Source: Tubulanus polymorphus
Lineage: Eukaryota > Animalia > Nemertea
Direction: 5' to 3'
Assembly (NCBI RefSeq): GCF_964204645.1
Contig: NC_134031.1
Span: 15,735,807 to 15,799,806, forward strand
DNA length: 64,000 nt
Of the stretch, positions 1-14,029 are shown one piece after another. Position 1 is the first letter of the stretch, and every line of letters starts with the position of its first letter. The translations under genes were made by a program, and so were the position numbers. The notes under the pieces were generated by a model. It ran no database searches. It was not told the DNA's origin and saw nothing but the letters and a program-made list of their open reading frames with translations.

Positions 1-741
1 TTCGTGTCACATGTTTTCAAACACGAAATACCCGATCAAATCTAATATTCTCAACAAAAACACGTCAAATTAACAACTAAGCACGATTCAATATGAGCCA
101 TATATAATAATAATAATAATAATAATAATGAGTTGAAACATAGACAACCGATCATTTTTTTTTTCTTTTAAATGAAAAATCAACGAAAATAAATTTCACG
201 CAGAAAAAGCGCTTTTCACTCCCCGAACCAAAATTCTAATAAGCCTTAATCGACTTAGTGAATCAATGCAACAATCAGATCGGCGACTAGGTCATTAACC
301 CTTTCCTGACCTAGATTTTCCATCTACCTGGGCTATATTATCTAGGCATTTTTTCGTTTGAATCATCAATTCTTTGATTTCATGATGACATTGCAATCTT
401 CAGCAAAAATAAGGCTTATCAGATGATAATTGTAAGTAGACGTTCTGCTAGAGGGCAGCACTGTCGAGCCGAGCTTTTTTCCCACTCGATACAACTGATC
501 ATAGTGCCACCGATCAGACTGCCTGAGTGGGGCAAGCTGATTTTTTAAGGGGGCAAGCGAAATTTGAGATTTGCTTGCCGCACGGGCAAGTGGCTTTTAT
601 TCATGATTCCGTAGATCAAACCCTGGTATTTCACACATCAACCTACTGTATACAGCAGGAAAGGGTTAATATAGATAGTCAAACAATAGTTATTGAATGT
701 TCAGACAGATGTCGCCACAGGTACGCGCGGAATGTGAATGA

Positions 742-3700
742 TCAGTGTTTCTCCGATGACGACGACGACGACGAGCCGCTGCATCGAGTCTCGTTCGTCG
801 GCAGGTAGCTGCACCACTCGTTCAACTCGAGGTTCAAATATTCCGCAGTGTTCAGAAACAGTTTGCCGTTGAATCCGCCGACGGCGAACAGCCGGTTGCC
901 GACGACGATCGCGCCGACGCTGACGCGCGGTGACACCATCATCGGTCCGTTGCTCCACGATTGCGTCGCCGGGTCGAAGATCTCGACCGACTGCTGCACG
1001 GAGTTCCCGTCGCTGCCTCCGATGACGTAGATCTTACCTAGAAAAAATAGTCGAGAACCGATATCAGCTCTAAACAGGAACGTGGACATACTTCCCGAAA
1101 AAACCCAACTAAAAGTTTTTTAACTCAAAAACTCTTTGTTTAGTTCAGTAGAACTCGCTTAATTCGGATGATCATTTTTGACCTAAAAATGTATCTAGTT
1201 CATGAGAATTTCGTATCTAACATCATACTTTACATACATTTACAGATCGGATTGAAATTCGAAATTATACTGATCTGAATTAAGCGGGTTTGACTTCAGT
1301 TTACGATCATAAAGTATTACGACGTTTGTAAACTATATCAGATACCTTTTACTTACATGAGTTCAGCAACGATAACGAAAAAGATGTTAAACGTAACTGC
1401 ACCGTGAATGAATAAATGAATGAATGACCGAATGAATGGAATGGTTTGTGCGCAAGGTATAATCTATAATCGCAACGATGATCATATGAATAACGAAACC
1501 GAACTACAATACAGTCAACCCTTGATTATTCACCATCCGATTATCGACCAGCGTCTTTTCCGCCCTAATTTTGAATCCCTGATTATCAGTTATGCGAGTA
1601 CAAGAAAATCATCCCAAAAGCGGCCGATAATCAAGAGTCAACTGTAATACAACATTTACAAAAATACTGTACATGGAAATTATAAGAAAAACAGCATGAA
1701 AAATTTGACGATCTGTGAATTATGCAATTGGAATGAAGTAGCTACTAGTTATATAACTAGAAATCAGTATAAGCTGCCTCGTGTAAATTCAAGTCAAAAT
1801 GTTCAACTTTGAGGTAGACAGAAAAACTGCCATTGAAATAACTAGTAGAGATGAAACAGTTCTTGAACGGTTAATGAAATATAGAAAAATTGATCTTGCA
1901 GAGGCACCAAAAAACAAAAAACAATATCGACTGTTGATTGACTTACCGTCAAAAGCTGCCACACCGGCCCCTCTACGACAAGAGGTCATAGACGGTAGAA
2001 GTTTCCAGGTGTTGTCCTGAGGAACGTACATTTCCACTGAATTCAAACAATTCCAGCTATCACAGCCCCCGACTGCATAGAGTACGCCGTTTAACGCACA
2101 AACCCCAGACTCGGAGCGTCCTGAAAAAACAGGCAGTTTCGCAAAATATTCGGCCTTTCGCTTTTTTTTTTTTACACTGAAATCAACAGCACGCGCCCGG
2201 GGTGGGCACGCTTCTAGCCGGCGTGCTGGCGCCCTAGTGTGCTATTAAAAATGGGCCTGCAAATTTAATGATCGCTGTAAAAGCATCTGTGTCCGTCGAA
2301 CGTAGAACGGTGTCGACCTTCGCGTGAAACCTCGACCAAAGGTTTTACATACATCAACTGCCTGGCTGCTTCGACAATACTCGTCGGCGAAACGCTGAAA
2401 CAAAAAATGGCGATCTGGAATTTAGAAATGGTTTCATGAATGAAAGAGGTCGTCACAGATTTGTGTCGCACGCATGCCGCGTATACCTATAGATAGGGGA
2501 TAATATCACAGTCGCTATCACACATATTTCACAGAAAAACGCAGCCATTTTTGGATCACACGCGGTTATGTCCAGTTTCGGTTAGGAGGATGCAAGATTT
2601 GAGAAAAAAAAGGCAAATAGTAAGCGGCTATGCATTTTCCCAAATCTTGATCGGAAACCGCGATCGAAAATGGCCGTTCAAAATGCGAAATAGGTCTATT
2701 ACACAGACGGAACAGCGAACTGAATCACTCATATAAGATATGTAAAGTCAAATTCTAATTCACAAAGAAAAGGTGCCGGATAGAATTTGAACCGTCTAAA
2801 GAAGCAGGACATTCAGTTCGCAGAACTGCGCGACGAAATACCTGCAATTATCATTGGAATAGAAATCTACAGGAAAACGATACGTTAACATCACATCATC
2901 GTCAGAGCAATATGTTACACGAAATACGATTCCAACGTCGAAGGTTCCAAACGTCAATCGAGAACATTATTTGCGATTTTAATTCGTAAATGTGCGAACA
3001 ATGCTGAATATCCATTGTTAAATCACTATATCCATGTTGTCACAATAATATAGAAAGAATCCATCAATAATAGCAAAAAACAGAGTCGAAAATGTTTCCT
3101 AAAGCTCTAGAAAACTTTTTTGCAGTTGTTTTTCGTTATCATCGTGGGATTCTCCCGATATTGTGGGATTCTCTCTTCTGCTCGATCGACGGTGAAAATT
3201 CGAACATTAAAATCATACATATATATCACACAAGTCAATCATAGACATAACTTCTGAATTCAGGGGCCCCGATTTAGAAGTTTATTAACGATCAAGTGTT
3301 TTAACCCATTGGTGCTGACTTATTAATACCCTACGGTGGTGGAGATAATTTGAAAATTTTGAAAAATTCCACCCGTGTGTTGAATAACGGGAATACCACT
3401 ATAGTGCGTCTACACCATGGCGCGGTGTATCATTAGTTACTAATATTTCACTATATTTGACACGTGCTGCCATCTTTCAATAGAGATAAAAACCAATTGC
3501 TAATTACATCAATACACCACAGCGCGGTGTACTAGCAAAATCCATCCCTCGTTTATAATTGCACTGCAGTGTAGACGCACTGAAAGGGTAAAAGAACACG
3601 GCCAAAACTTAGAACGTTTAATCAAGGCGCAGTTCCGGTGCTCTTACGAGCAAGCGTTTGTATATGATTGACCTATTGAGGTATTATAAGTAGTTATGTG

Positions 3701-6700
3701 CGAAGTGTCCGAAAAACGACCGGAAACCCGCGTAACCGAGGTCTCCGGTCTGACGCAACGCGGTGACCGCTTCGTGTATGAAATAAGAGTGCGTATTCGT
3801 TTACCCGGAACGAATAACGATTACGTATAGGCAGACGCGCGGGTGTTTCTTAGTGTGTATCACGTTAGTTTCGCAATCACGACAAACCTACAAATGAAAA
3901 CGGAGCATCACCAAATATGTCATTGAAATAACGCAACCAGGTTCCGTGCTAAATCGGCCTACAATCTTCAATAATACAAGATTTCACGTGTCTTCAAAAT
4001 ACCAAACTTAGCAAAAGCTATTACAATAGATGATACCCCGCCAAATTTTTGCTTCAATTTCACCCAAAGCCGAACTTGATTGCATTAAAATCCTGACGAA
4101 ATTCAAATTGTCGCGAGGTATGCGACAGTTTCGAGATAGATGAGAGCGGCATAAAATTGCGTTTAACATAGTTATGTTACGAATACATAGTTACGAAATG
4201 ACCAACTTACGAAAACTAGCAGCGGAAAATGACTTTTAAACATTTCGAATTATGCCGGGATGTTAAAGCCGATGACTGATAATAATAATATACGATAATA
4301 ATAGCGGATTTTGACCCGATAGAAATCGACTTACTTTGATTCATTTGAGCGATATCCGACCACGAATTCGAGTTCGGGTCGTAACATTCACAGCTTTTCA
4401 TTCCGCCTTGACCGCAGTTTCCTCCGATGCAGTAGAGTTTACCGTTCAAAGTGGCCAAACCTGAAATCGAAGAACGGGATATTAGCCGGCCGAAAATAAT
4501 GAACGTCAGTCAAGTGAATGTATGAAAACTCTTCCGAGGCTGTATAGGTGGGAGGAGTCTGGAGGGCAGAGAAACCCTTCAACACATTTCCTGCCAACTA
4601 TGTACAAGCTATTGTGTAGCTAATAGTTCTTATTGACAGATAGATATTTGTACTCAGGCATTTGGAATGACTCAGTTCCAGATTTGCCGGCCATAGGAAC
4701 AAACTCTGCTCCATACTGAAAGTTAATTGGTCAATTTTTAACAATCTCGAGATCTCGAAAGTGGCAACTGTGAAGAAACGGAGCGTGAGCGAGCATGTCT
4801 ATGAGTTCACCCGAAGTTCTGTGCGCTTCTCAATATATACCTGTAGCCTTATATTGTAATACATGTACAGGAGGTTACAAACTTGGAGAAAATATAATTA
4901 ACATTATAGGAAATAAGGTCAGTAAGTGCTGACATCTATCATGAATTACCTGTACTAGCTCTAGTCTGCCGCATGTCGGCTAACGACGACCACTCATTGC
5001 TGACCGGATCGAAGCATTCCAACGATCGCAACTCGGTGCGACTGTTCGACCCGCCGCACGCGTACAGTTTACCGTTCAAACTACACGCGTCGAATCGTCC
5101 TCGCGCGATCGTCATGCTCTTCAGCGGAAACCATTTGTTCAGCGATAAGTCGTACTGTTCGACCATAGCGTAACATTCGCCTCGGTCGTAGCCACCTGAA
5201 ATACAAAATGAGACTCCTCTAAACCTCGACTGAACTTCGTACAAGATATAATCGGTACATGGGCCAGGGTGATCGAAGAAAATGATTTACAAAAAAAAAA
5301 ATATTAGTAGAAGATTAGAGGCTTTCTAATGAAGACCAAGCAAAAACCGAAACGTTGCTACAGCAAGCGCCGAAGGAGTAGAAAAGAGTAAAACAAGAAA
5401 AGAGAAAAAAGATGAAGAATAAGATAAGGAGTTTGAACACTGAGTTCCAAAGTTGTTGGTTAAGTTTGACTCAATAGTTACTATCATTTCATTTCCGATA
5501 AGAATTATAGGCCTGGATCTAAATAATATTCAACGACTCGTACATACCCATTGCGACGATGTTATCTTTAAGCAGGGCTACTCCGAGACCGCTTCGCGCT
5601 ACGCTCATCGGTGCTAGCAATACCAGCGACATCTGACGTGTCAACGTATCGGCGCTGATCTGTCGGGGACTGATTTCTGGCGACGCGCTGCCATTTTTTT
5701 CCGTGCCCGGGTCCATCATGGCGGGCGTCGGTCGATAGTGGATGGATATGGTGGCAAGCTGGTTGTCCAACATGGCTATACATAGACGTTTCTTCTCTAC
5801 AAAAACAGACGATTATCTTCAATAAACTGTTTGTTTGTTGGTCTACGTTAGTTGTGATTGTGCAACCAGGTGCTCAATAATATGAAATCCTAAACTAAGA
5901 ATAAACAAAGTCCCAAATATTCCTTTGAACTAATATTTGAATATATGAAGCGGGTGCATCGGAAGGTGCGACTGTAACTGAGTACAACCAGTTGCTTAAA
6001 CGTAGAACAAGGGCAACTGGCTGGAACTGGAGATCGTCGCTTACCAGTCATGAGCAAGCTCACATCGACACATTCAAGGAACTGATTGTATTCAGCCAAT
6101 TCCTCTCATGCGCCGAAAACTACCCGGCAACTTGTTGTCTCCAGTTTGTCAATGTACGCTAGGCTTTAACTTACAAAATAATTGAAACGTTTTCGACTCA
6201 TTTTATTCCTTATTGCGAGATTCGCATTACATCGCGGACTTCATCGAAGATAAACGGGCGCGGCTCGTAACGGAAAACGCGCATAATTCTCACTTACCCG
6301 AGGAAATGGCGGTGGCCAGAACTCGCCATTCCGGTTCCGCCGGCTTCTCGTCGATATCGCCCGACATCAGTTTGATTTTACGCGGCACGTTTATCGAGTT
6401 GTTGTTATGGCGTCGATGGCTGCTTTCTTTCGTTTTCGACGGAGTAATCTATGAAAAATAAACAACAAGTTTCTAACTTATACGCTTTCGTAGACGCTTA
6501 TATGACACACTTGCAGGTCGAATTTAAAATTCTTTAATTGCTTTCATATCTGACTAATTAATACCCAAACGTGCTTGAGATAATTTGAAAATTTTAAAAA
6601 ATCCGCTCCAATGTGATTGAATAACAGGCATACTGCTTTAGTCTGTCTACACCACGGCGCAGTGTATAGTTAGTTACTAATATTTCATAGACGTTTGTTT

Positions 6701-9700
6701 GACAGGTGCTGCCATCTTTCAATAGAGATAAACTAATTACTAATAACATCATTACACTGCGATGAGGAGTACTAACAAAGTTCGATCACTGATTTATACA
6801 CCGCACTGTAGTGTAGATGTACTGAAAGGGTATAAAAGAGAAATAAACTTGAAATAATAGGTCACAAGATATATTGTAAAGCGAATCAAACTGAAAAGAG
6901 ACTTCAAAGTCCTAAACATGAACTGCACTGGTGGTCACTTTCATTGAACAGCACACACTATTAGATAGGTGGTCATTATAATGCAGTTATTTCAGTTGAT
7001 AGAAAACAAGTTAATCCTAATGCACCAGCGAGCCTATACGGGAGTAATACATGCCCTAGGCAAAATACAAATACATGTACTGTATGCCAGCTACTAACAA
7101 CTGATGTCATAACAAAAACTATAGCTACACCAGGCTCGGAGGGGTACACGACTGTCAGAAAATAAATAATGCAATGCCAGGAATCAGCAAACAATCGAAA
7201 ACAATGACATTCAAAAGACACTCCAGAGAAAATAATTGTGTTCCTACATTACGCATATAAGACGGTATTTCAGGTTGGCTCCATCTCCGAACGCCGGAAC
7301 TGTTACGTCTTAGCTATATACGCCGAGACCGAACGAAATCACATCGAATAGGGAAAATTAACGTTACAATACACAACAATTATTCTTTGAAAAAAATATA
7401 TATATATATTGATACCGCTGTTGAAATATTGTTCTCAAATAAGTTCTCAAAAATCTCCACACGGTTTTCGATTTATTCCGAAGCGCATCGTAAAACGGAA
7501 GGAAGAGCAGGACAAAACCACCAACAGGGTTGAGGATAATGCTCGAGGATTTTATTGCTAAAAGTATCAAATTGTCGAGACCCGAACGCTATATACAGCT
7601 GGTTGAATTAAATTCATAATAATTCACGAATCCAGATAGGCCACAAGCGCCAACGGCATTGATTAATCTTAAAAGACTTCAAACGCAGCTGTTTTTCTAG
7701 TTGGCCAAACGCTGAATATATATGAAAATAATGTTTAAACGTGCCTCTCATGTTTACGCAAACAACTACTCGATATTCGAAAAGTATGAATATTTCAGCC
7801 CGCACAATTTTAGGTCAGGAACCCTTACGCTGATTTATTTTAGGTCAAACTCGTCATCGCAGACAATGTGAACTCCTTATACCTGAAAATCCATGAGACT
7901 TAGTGCCATTAAAGCGCCTGTTATTAGACTAAAATAAATAACTGACTTCATCGCTAGATTCATTTAACAATGGGTTTAAGGGGTGGAGGGTGAACGGAAG
8001 TTAAAAAGAAAGAAAACTTTAGAAACCGTTCCATTTCTGCAAGAAATACCGTCAGAAATTACTTATTAACGCGTAAGCCGGATATCCATTAGGAAACTAA
8101 TTACCTGTCGTTTTTTGCACATGTTCTGGTAGTCCTTGATATATTCAGTGCGTCGTAGTTCGTTAGTGTCGAGGTCTTTACAGTCGCGTAACACATTGTC
8201 GGACGCCAAATACAAAACATTTACCTGAAACACAACAGAAAATACATCCCATAACAATGATTATACGTCAGTGACTATACATTATATAAGGTTATTGGAA
8301 GGAGGTCAAGTTACTATTCAGCTCCTAATCTTTGGAATGAACTAGCTCATAGCATTAGAGAGTCTCCGTTCTCTCAGCCTTCAAATCCACTTCTTTTAAT
8401 ATAAACACCTAAGGTGCTTAATTTTTAACTTGCTCTTTTATAAATGTAGTTTTAGAATGTAAAACGCAGCGGTTATGATTTTACAACCGCACTATATAAG
8501 AAAAGGTATTACTATTATTATCAAATATATATATTACTATGTATCAAATTGAACTTACATGGTCTGTCAAACATTCCCAAGTCGGTTGTTCTTCTAAAGC
8601 TTCTCGAATCCAGTCGACAACGAGGCTGTCGACTTGGTTGTCGTCCTTTTCCATTATCGGAACCTCATCAGCTCCTGAAAGAGAAACAAATATATTTAAC
8701 AACAGGTTCAGAAAACAAGATCTAAAAGAGCTAGGTACTTGTAATGAGTCACATTTATAAAAGACTTGAGTGTAAAAGGTGAAAGATGAAAAACACAAAA
8801 TAATTCGCGAAACATTTGTTTGGGTTTCCGACAAAAAACCATCATCCATTATCGACGAATGATAATCATTCCATTTAAATCTTTCGGTTTTCTCATTGTG
8901 GGCGAGATAAATCTCGCTCATAACAACTCTCGACGTTCTGCAACAGTGGAACTTTTCATTATAACCAAATCGGATACAACGATTCATCGGATATAACTAA
9001 ACAAATAGAATTTCGGGTTACAAGTAAGAAAATTTAATCAATTTCATACTGGATATAACGAACTATCGGTTATAACAAACATATTTTCTGGTCGCGTGAA
9101 GCGCGCTATAACGAGGTTCCACAATTGGGACTTCTATTTTTCACTGAAGACTCTACCAAAAATTCGATTCACTCTAACGGGGAAAAATTCCCAATCCCCG
9201 GAGGTCTGGATTGGGTTGCACTCATATTTTTACGCATAATTCCGAAGCATTAGGCGAACAATACATACGATTTAACACACGTGTTTGTAACTTCATGCCG
9301 TCACTATTCGCGCAGGAAAAAAATTGAAATCATTATTCAGTCCGCCAGCAAATGATATACATATAATATATACATACATACCTGGTATACATATATATAC
9401 ATACATATATTTAGATGAATAAACTATAGGACGACTACAAATGTTCTACAAATCTGTTTCATGGAGACCGAAGCCTCCAGTCTTCAGGAACATTTTATTC
9501 TAACTCCAATGTTCCTAAAGAGTGGAGGCTTCGGTCTCCATGAAACAGATTTGTAGTACATGTAATTGTTGTCCTATAGTTGATTCGTCTATATAAACGC
9601 TGTTGAGCACTCTGTGAATACGTGTAGTTCGACATTGATTATCATTATACATATATTTACATATAATTAATACGTAAAGCTTACCGATTACTTCCACCTG

Positions 9701-12459
9701 TATCCGTGGTAGCGCCATACAGTCATTACTCGTGGCGACGTCGGTGACGAATTTCTTGATGTATTCGTCGCAGGTTTTCGTCAACGACGCGTCCGCGAAC
9801 CCGCTCGCGAACGATCGAATACCTACGACGAGATAATGATAAAGAGAGAGAGAGATGCAGCGAACACCGCATTAACCCTTTAATCGCGAATCGCTACATC
9901 GGCGGACGACGTACCTATACAATTCATCGCGTTCAAATTGTCGGCTAGGTAATTAGAACAAGCTTCGGCCGCGCGGACCATCTTCAACCGCATCGCCATT
10001 TTATAAACAGATTTGATATCGTGCTCTTCTACTTCGAGTCTGAAAGTCAAAAATAGAAAAAGTTGCAATGAAAAAATATTAGGATGCGGGAGACATGAAT
10101 ATAGTTTTATGGACTTAGATAAATTCATCATTTTATGGTCCGATATCTATTAATGATTTAATGCGCTGTTATTCTACGAGATATACGATCAAAAGTAAGG
10201 TCTTGAGTAATCGGCCATAAATCTAGCATAAAATCGCTTGCCACCGTTCAGCTGCGCTCGGCTAGAATATAAACGATCCGCCTAACTACCACAAGCCGAC
10301 AGCCTTTAGAGTTAGACAGATTTTTCCGAACTACATGCCACTGAAGATGTATTTTCTGTTTTTTACAAATGTAAACACCTGATCAATAAGGTAAGTTAAT
10401 GTGGCAAACATATATACATCATACGACCCGCGTTTATAGGCCAAGGTGAAGGAAAGAAGGTGAAGGTGTGATTTCAAGGTTGTTTACTCAAATGAGGTCA
10501 ATTACAGATTTCAACGGAACAGATTTTTTGCGAGTGTGATTCTAAGAAAAATTGCAGAAATACACTTCCCCCCATTTAGAGATTCCCGAGTTTTCCATGG
10601 TTTAACACAAAATTTACCGAGTGAATCTTCAGGCAAATGGGCAAATTTCCTCTTTAAGAAAATGCTACAATTCTTTCATTCTTTTGCGAATCACATATCA
10701 ATAAATGGACTTCCACAATTCAACAAATGAGCTTTCCCTGATTTCTTACAGATACTTCTGACTTCCCGAGGAGCTTTCCAGGTCGATGGCCACCCTGCAA
10801 ACGGCACACGGAAACTTTCCAGGATAGGTGCCAAAAATGCGACGAAACCACGATCGTTATTTTGATTGTAAGCCAATATTCCGATCGAGTTATCTCCTCT
10901 CAGCTCTCTCTCGAGATCTCAAGAGAAATATCTCGGTTATATTTACACACTCCGTGTAATAAATACCTAGACAGTTAGACAGTTATATATGTATAGTTGA
11001 GCTTTCTGCATTAAACAAAACGTCAAAACGGTTGCTAACAAATTATGACGAGTTACCAAAAATATGCTTCGGCGGAAAATGATCGCATTCCGAAAAAATG
11101 TTTTTCGTATAAATGTCGTTTTCGAAATCCGCTGAAGTACAGATGTGCGTAGTTTATTTTCGTAGATTCATTGGCGAAAAAATGAAATTCACTCGGTTTT
11201 GAATGATGAACACTTCAATGCACCAAGTATTAACTAGAATAGCGCTTTAATACCGAGGTGTATCTGTCTACCGTCCTCGAACTACCCAGACCCACTTACA
11301 ACAATAACGCTAATACCGCCTTCCCACTCAAGTATATCAGTGTCTACATTCCCCAAACTAAACACAGCAGCCCTACTATCATAAAATATTGCGCGTCGGG
11401 GTGTAGACAGGTAGAACTTCAGAACAATGGGATCACTGCAGTACAAAATGATTCAGAATTTTATGCAGAATTGGTAAGGACTGAATTATCTGATCAAACC
11501 CGTAGCCTGGATCCTCCAAGGGGGGAAGGTGCAATATAAACTACAAGTGGACCGAATCAGCATTTTTTGAGCTTATGGCCTACAACCCTAGTTTTGAATT
11601 CGACGTTTTCTAACAGAAAATACATACATTATATAGATGTACATGTATTCGAAACTCATGAATAAAACGTATTTCAACAGAAATAGGAACGATCTTTTTC
11701 TTTCAAGGGGACGCACCAACTCTGGTTATGGACCTGCTGATTATATAGAAGTTCCAACCCTACACTCGGATCGCAGGAAACCAACAACACAGGACCCATC
11801 GGGAATCCGCAATTCCCTGATATTTCCTTGACCTTAACCAAATTATGAAATATCTTCAGTGTTGGGCGTTTCTTCTCAAGAGGTTGCGTTCCTCATGCCT
11901 TTGGTATCCAGCTAGAGCAAAAAGATACCAAATATTTATATTCCCCACCTCACCCCCCTGACTTCAAAATCAGATTCAGAATCCCCTGGTTTTCGCCGAC
12001 TGCCTAAGAAGAACCGTTGGCTACAATGCTCTATTATACTCACTTGCCAGTGTAGACGTAATTGACGAGCACGTCGAAGTGTTTATAGTCGAAGTTGTTG
12101 AGTTTGTAATGCGAGTTCGGAACGCTTTCGTCCAGCGAAAACAGCTCCATCAGATACCGGCTCGACGACGCGAGCACGGCTTTGTGCGCGCAGATCTCGT
12201 GCGAGCCGACCTCCAGCGTCACGTCGCAGTACTGTCCGTTTTTGCGCAGCGTGTTCAAACACTGCAGTATGTCGGAGTGGTGTCGTTGGTCTTGAAACGT
12301 CAATTTCGTGACGACGGCGTTTTTGCGTTCGGTGTGCGCCGCGCCGTCGACCTCCGCGTCGTCGTCGTCGCCGTTCATCATTTGCGACGTTCCGTTTTTC
12401 AGGTGGTTCATCTTGAATTCGGCCGGTTCGTTCAACGACGACATCTTACAACTGTTCAT
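742..12459 (-). CDS. IVNS1ABP: Influenza virus NS1A-binding protein homolog (BTB-BACK-Kelch), 11 coding exons, about 718 aa
   Basis: Coding exons 12459-12044, 10039-9915, 9822-9685, 8674-8559, 8224-8105, 6448-6298, 5796-5548, 5195-4950, 4460-4335, 2120-1947, 1037-742. All introns are GT-AG and phase-compatible (sum 2157 nt). BTB: LNTLRKNGQYCDVTLEVGSHEICAHKAVLASSS. NS1-BP-like linker: LPRIQVEV, VNVLYL. Kelch repeats: MSVARSGLGVA..GGYDRGEC, GRFDACSLNGKLYACGGSN, GGCDSWNCLNSVE, RRGAGVA, GGFNGKLFLNTAE. Non-coding 5' exons not resolved. Confidence 0.93.
3301..3591. mobile_element. Non-autonomous piggyBac-like MITE (family P), copy 1
   Basis: About 280 bp, homologous to 6540-6833, 50882-51160 and 60930-61254. 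Ends TTAACCC... and ...GCACTGAAAGGGTAA. Confidence 0.7.
6540..6833. mobile_element. piggyBac-like MITE (family P), copy 2
   Basis: Shares internal blocks (GATAATTTGAAAATT, GTCTACACCACGGCGC, GCTGCCATCTTTCAATAGAGATAAA) and the end ACTGAAAGGG with the other copies. Confidence 0.65.
8275..8520 (+). mobile_element. Truncated L2-like LINE 3' end
   Basis: Degenerate ..FSY.AP.LWN.L...IR.S.S...FK.. C-terminal signature followed by ..GCACTATATAAG and a (TAT)n tail. Similar in type to 41722-41930. Confidence 0.5.
9412..9592. repeat. About 180-bp palindrome made of two divergent hammerhead copies
   Basis: 9412-9493 is the reverse complement of about 9508-9592. The plus-strand copy has core CUAAAGA. Confidence 0.85.
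9439..9495 (-). ncRNA. Type I hammerhead ribozyme motif, near-canonical, in IVNS1ABP intron (sense strand)
   Basis: Minus strand reads AAAUGUUC-CUGAAGA-C-UGGAGGC-UUCG-GUCUCCA-U-GAA-ACAGAUUUGU-A/GAACAUUU. Stem I is a perfect 8 bp, core CUGANGA and GAAA are intact, stem II has a cUUCGg cap, stem III is ACA/UGU, and the cleavage triplet is GUA. Confidence 0.8.
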
Positions 12460-12559
12460 CAAGATTTCTGCGAAGACAAGAGTTTTAAATACATTAGAAA
12501 TAACGAAAACGAACATCTTTTCATTAAACAGCAAAACATTTCTATTTCTATTTACTACA

Positions 12560-12702
12560 GGGGCCAGTTGCACAGTTGCGACTCAAGTCCAAAAGTGGTC
12601 TCAAATCGTACTGACTGGTCTTAAGTTTTTAGATTGGCTATAGAACAAAGTTGGTCTTAAGACTGGTCTTAAGTCTAAGCCATGACTATGCAAGCGGCCC
12701 TG
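12560..12702. mobile_element. About 140-bp MITE (family A; TIR GGGGCCAGTTGCA..TGCAACTGGCCCC)
   Basis: Homologous copies at 25835-25976, 45657-45768 (reverse), 54865-55011 (reverse) and 56971-57114. Internal (AG)ACTGGTCTTA sub-repeats. Confidence 0.8.
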
Positions 12703-13627
12703 GGTCTCTACAGATCGGTCATTCCTGGATATGAGGATTTTTCAAGGAGAAAGTTCACAAATTTCAAGAAGTGTCCGCATCACTTTCATATCCCAATTAC
12801 AATAGACTCCTCCTAAATCAGTACTGTTTATCTTGGTATTTGATGGTTTTGTAAGCTAATTTTTCATCCTTTACACTAGCTAAACTTGGCATCTAATTTG
12901 GTAATCACCTGAACAGGGTACACATAAATCCTGGTCCCATCTTTATCAATTTAGGTGTAGGTTAGCTACAGGTTAGCTGTACAACTACAAACATTTCTAA
13001 TTGCCTTTTTCCCAAAGTTGAAGGAATTTTAAGAGGGTCCCTACAGATCAGTCATTCCAGAATTCAAGGACTTTTCAGAATTTTCAAGGAGAAAATTTCA
13101 AATTTCGAGGAGCGACTGCATCACTATCATATCGGCAGTAGACTCCTCCTAAATTGGTACTGTTTATGATCAGTGTTTTAATATTTTTTTCCAAAAAAAA
13201 AAAATGTTCATATTTCTGTCATAATTTTCGATTTTTTTATCAGCGAAAAGCTAGTCGTCTTTTCACTTAATTTGAACTCGATTCAACTCAAAATTGCAGC
13301 ACTTTCTTTTTTCCACGGTCCTTCCAAGATTTATGCGCGCAGACGAATAATGAAAATTTCAAAACTTTTCCCCCTACCTTTTTAAAGCACCTGTTTAGGA
13401 AACCTGTTTTTCTGTCCCTTCTTTCGCCCTTCAATTATTTTTCCGGCAAAAAAATCCTCCCAGTAATTTTGAAAAAAAAAGCCTAGTAATATCCATTAAT
13501 TCCGCTTATTTTTTAATGCGTACATATGAAACATACGAACGAATGACAAATTGCTTTATCGAAATACGAGCAGAAATATACGCTCTAGATTCGATTCAAA
13601 TATTCAGATTCAAATATTCGATTCATA

Positions 13628-13693
<66 letters not shown>
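13628..13693. repeat. (TA)n microsatellite
   Basis: Directly visible. Similar (TA)n tracts at 15105-15159 and 16434-16548. Confidence 0.95.
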
Positions 13694-13700
<7 letters not shown>

Positions 13701-14029
13701 CGCTTCGCAGTTGCCCCGATCACGATCACGCGGTTCATTCCGGGAAAAGATACCGATGAGAAATGTACGAATCCTGACCTTTCGGATACGGGAAACATCT
13801 AATTTCTTCTTTAAGACGCGTGTTCTATATCAGGGTGCCTACAGATCAGTCGTTCCAGAATTCAAGGAGTTTTCAAGGAGAAAATTTCAAATTCGAGGAG
13901 TGTACGGATCACTTTCATATCCCAATTACTGCAGACTCCTCCTAAATCGGTACTGTTTATCTCAGTAAACTATTTAATTCAGTGGATTGACTGTAGTGAA
14001 CCGATATAAATCTGAATATAGTTAACGAA

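Noticed and set aside
5320-5365. Hammerhead-like ..TGAAGA..CGAAACGTTG
   Set aside because: The core lacks CUGA and stem II does not pair. At most a dead relic.
12079-12643. Plus-strand ORFs of 181 and 111 aa, and similar ORFs over other exons
   Set aside because: They are antisense shadows of CG-rich IVNS1ABP and RABGAP1 exons.
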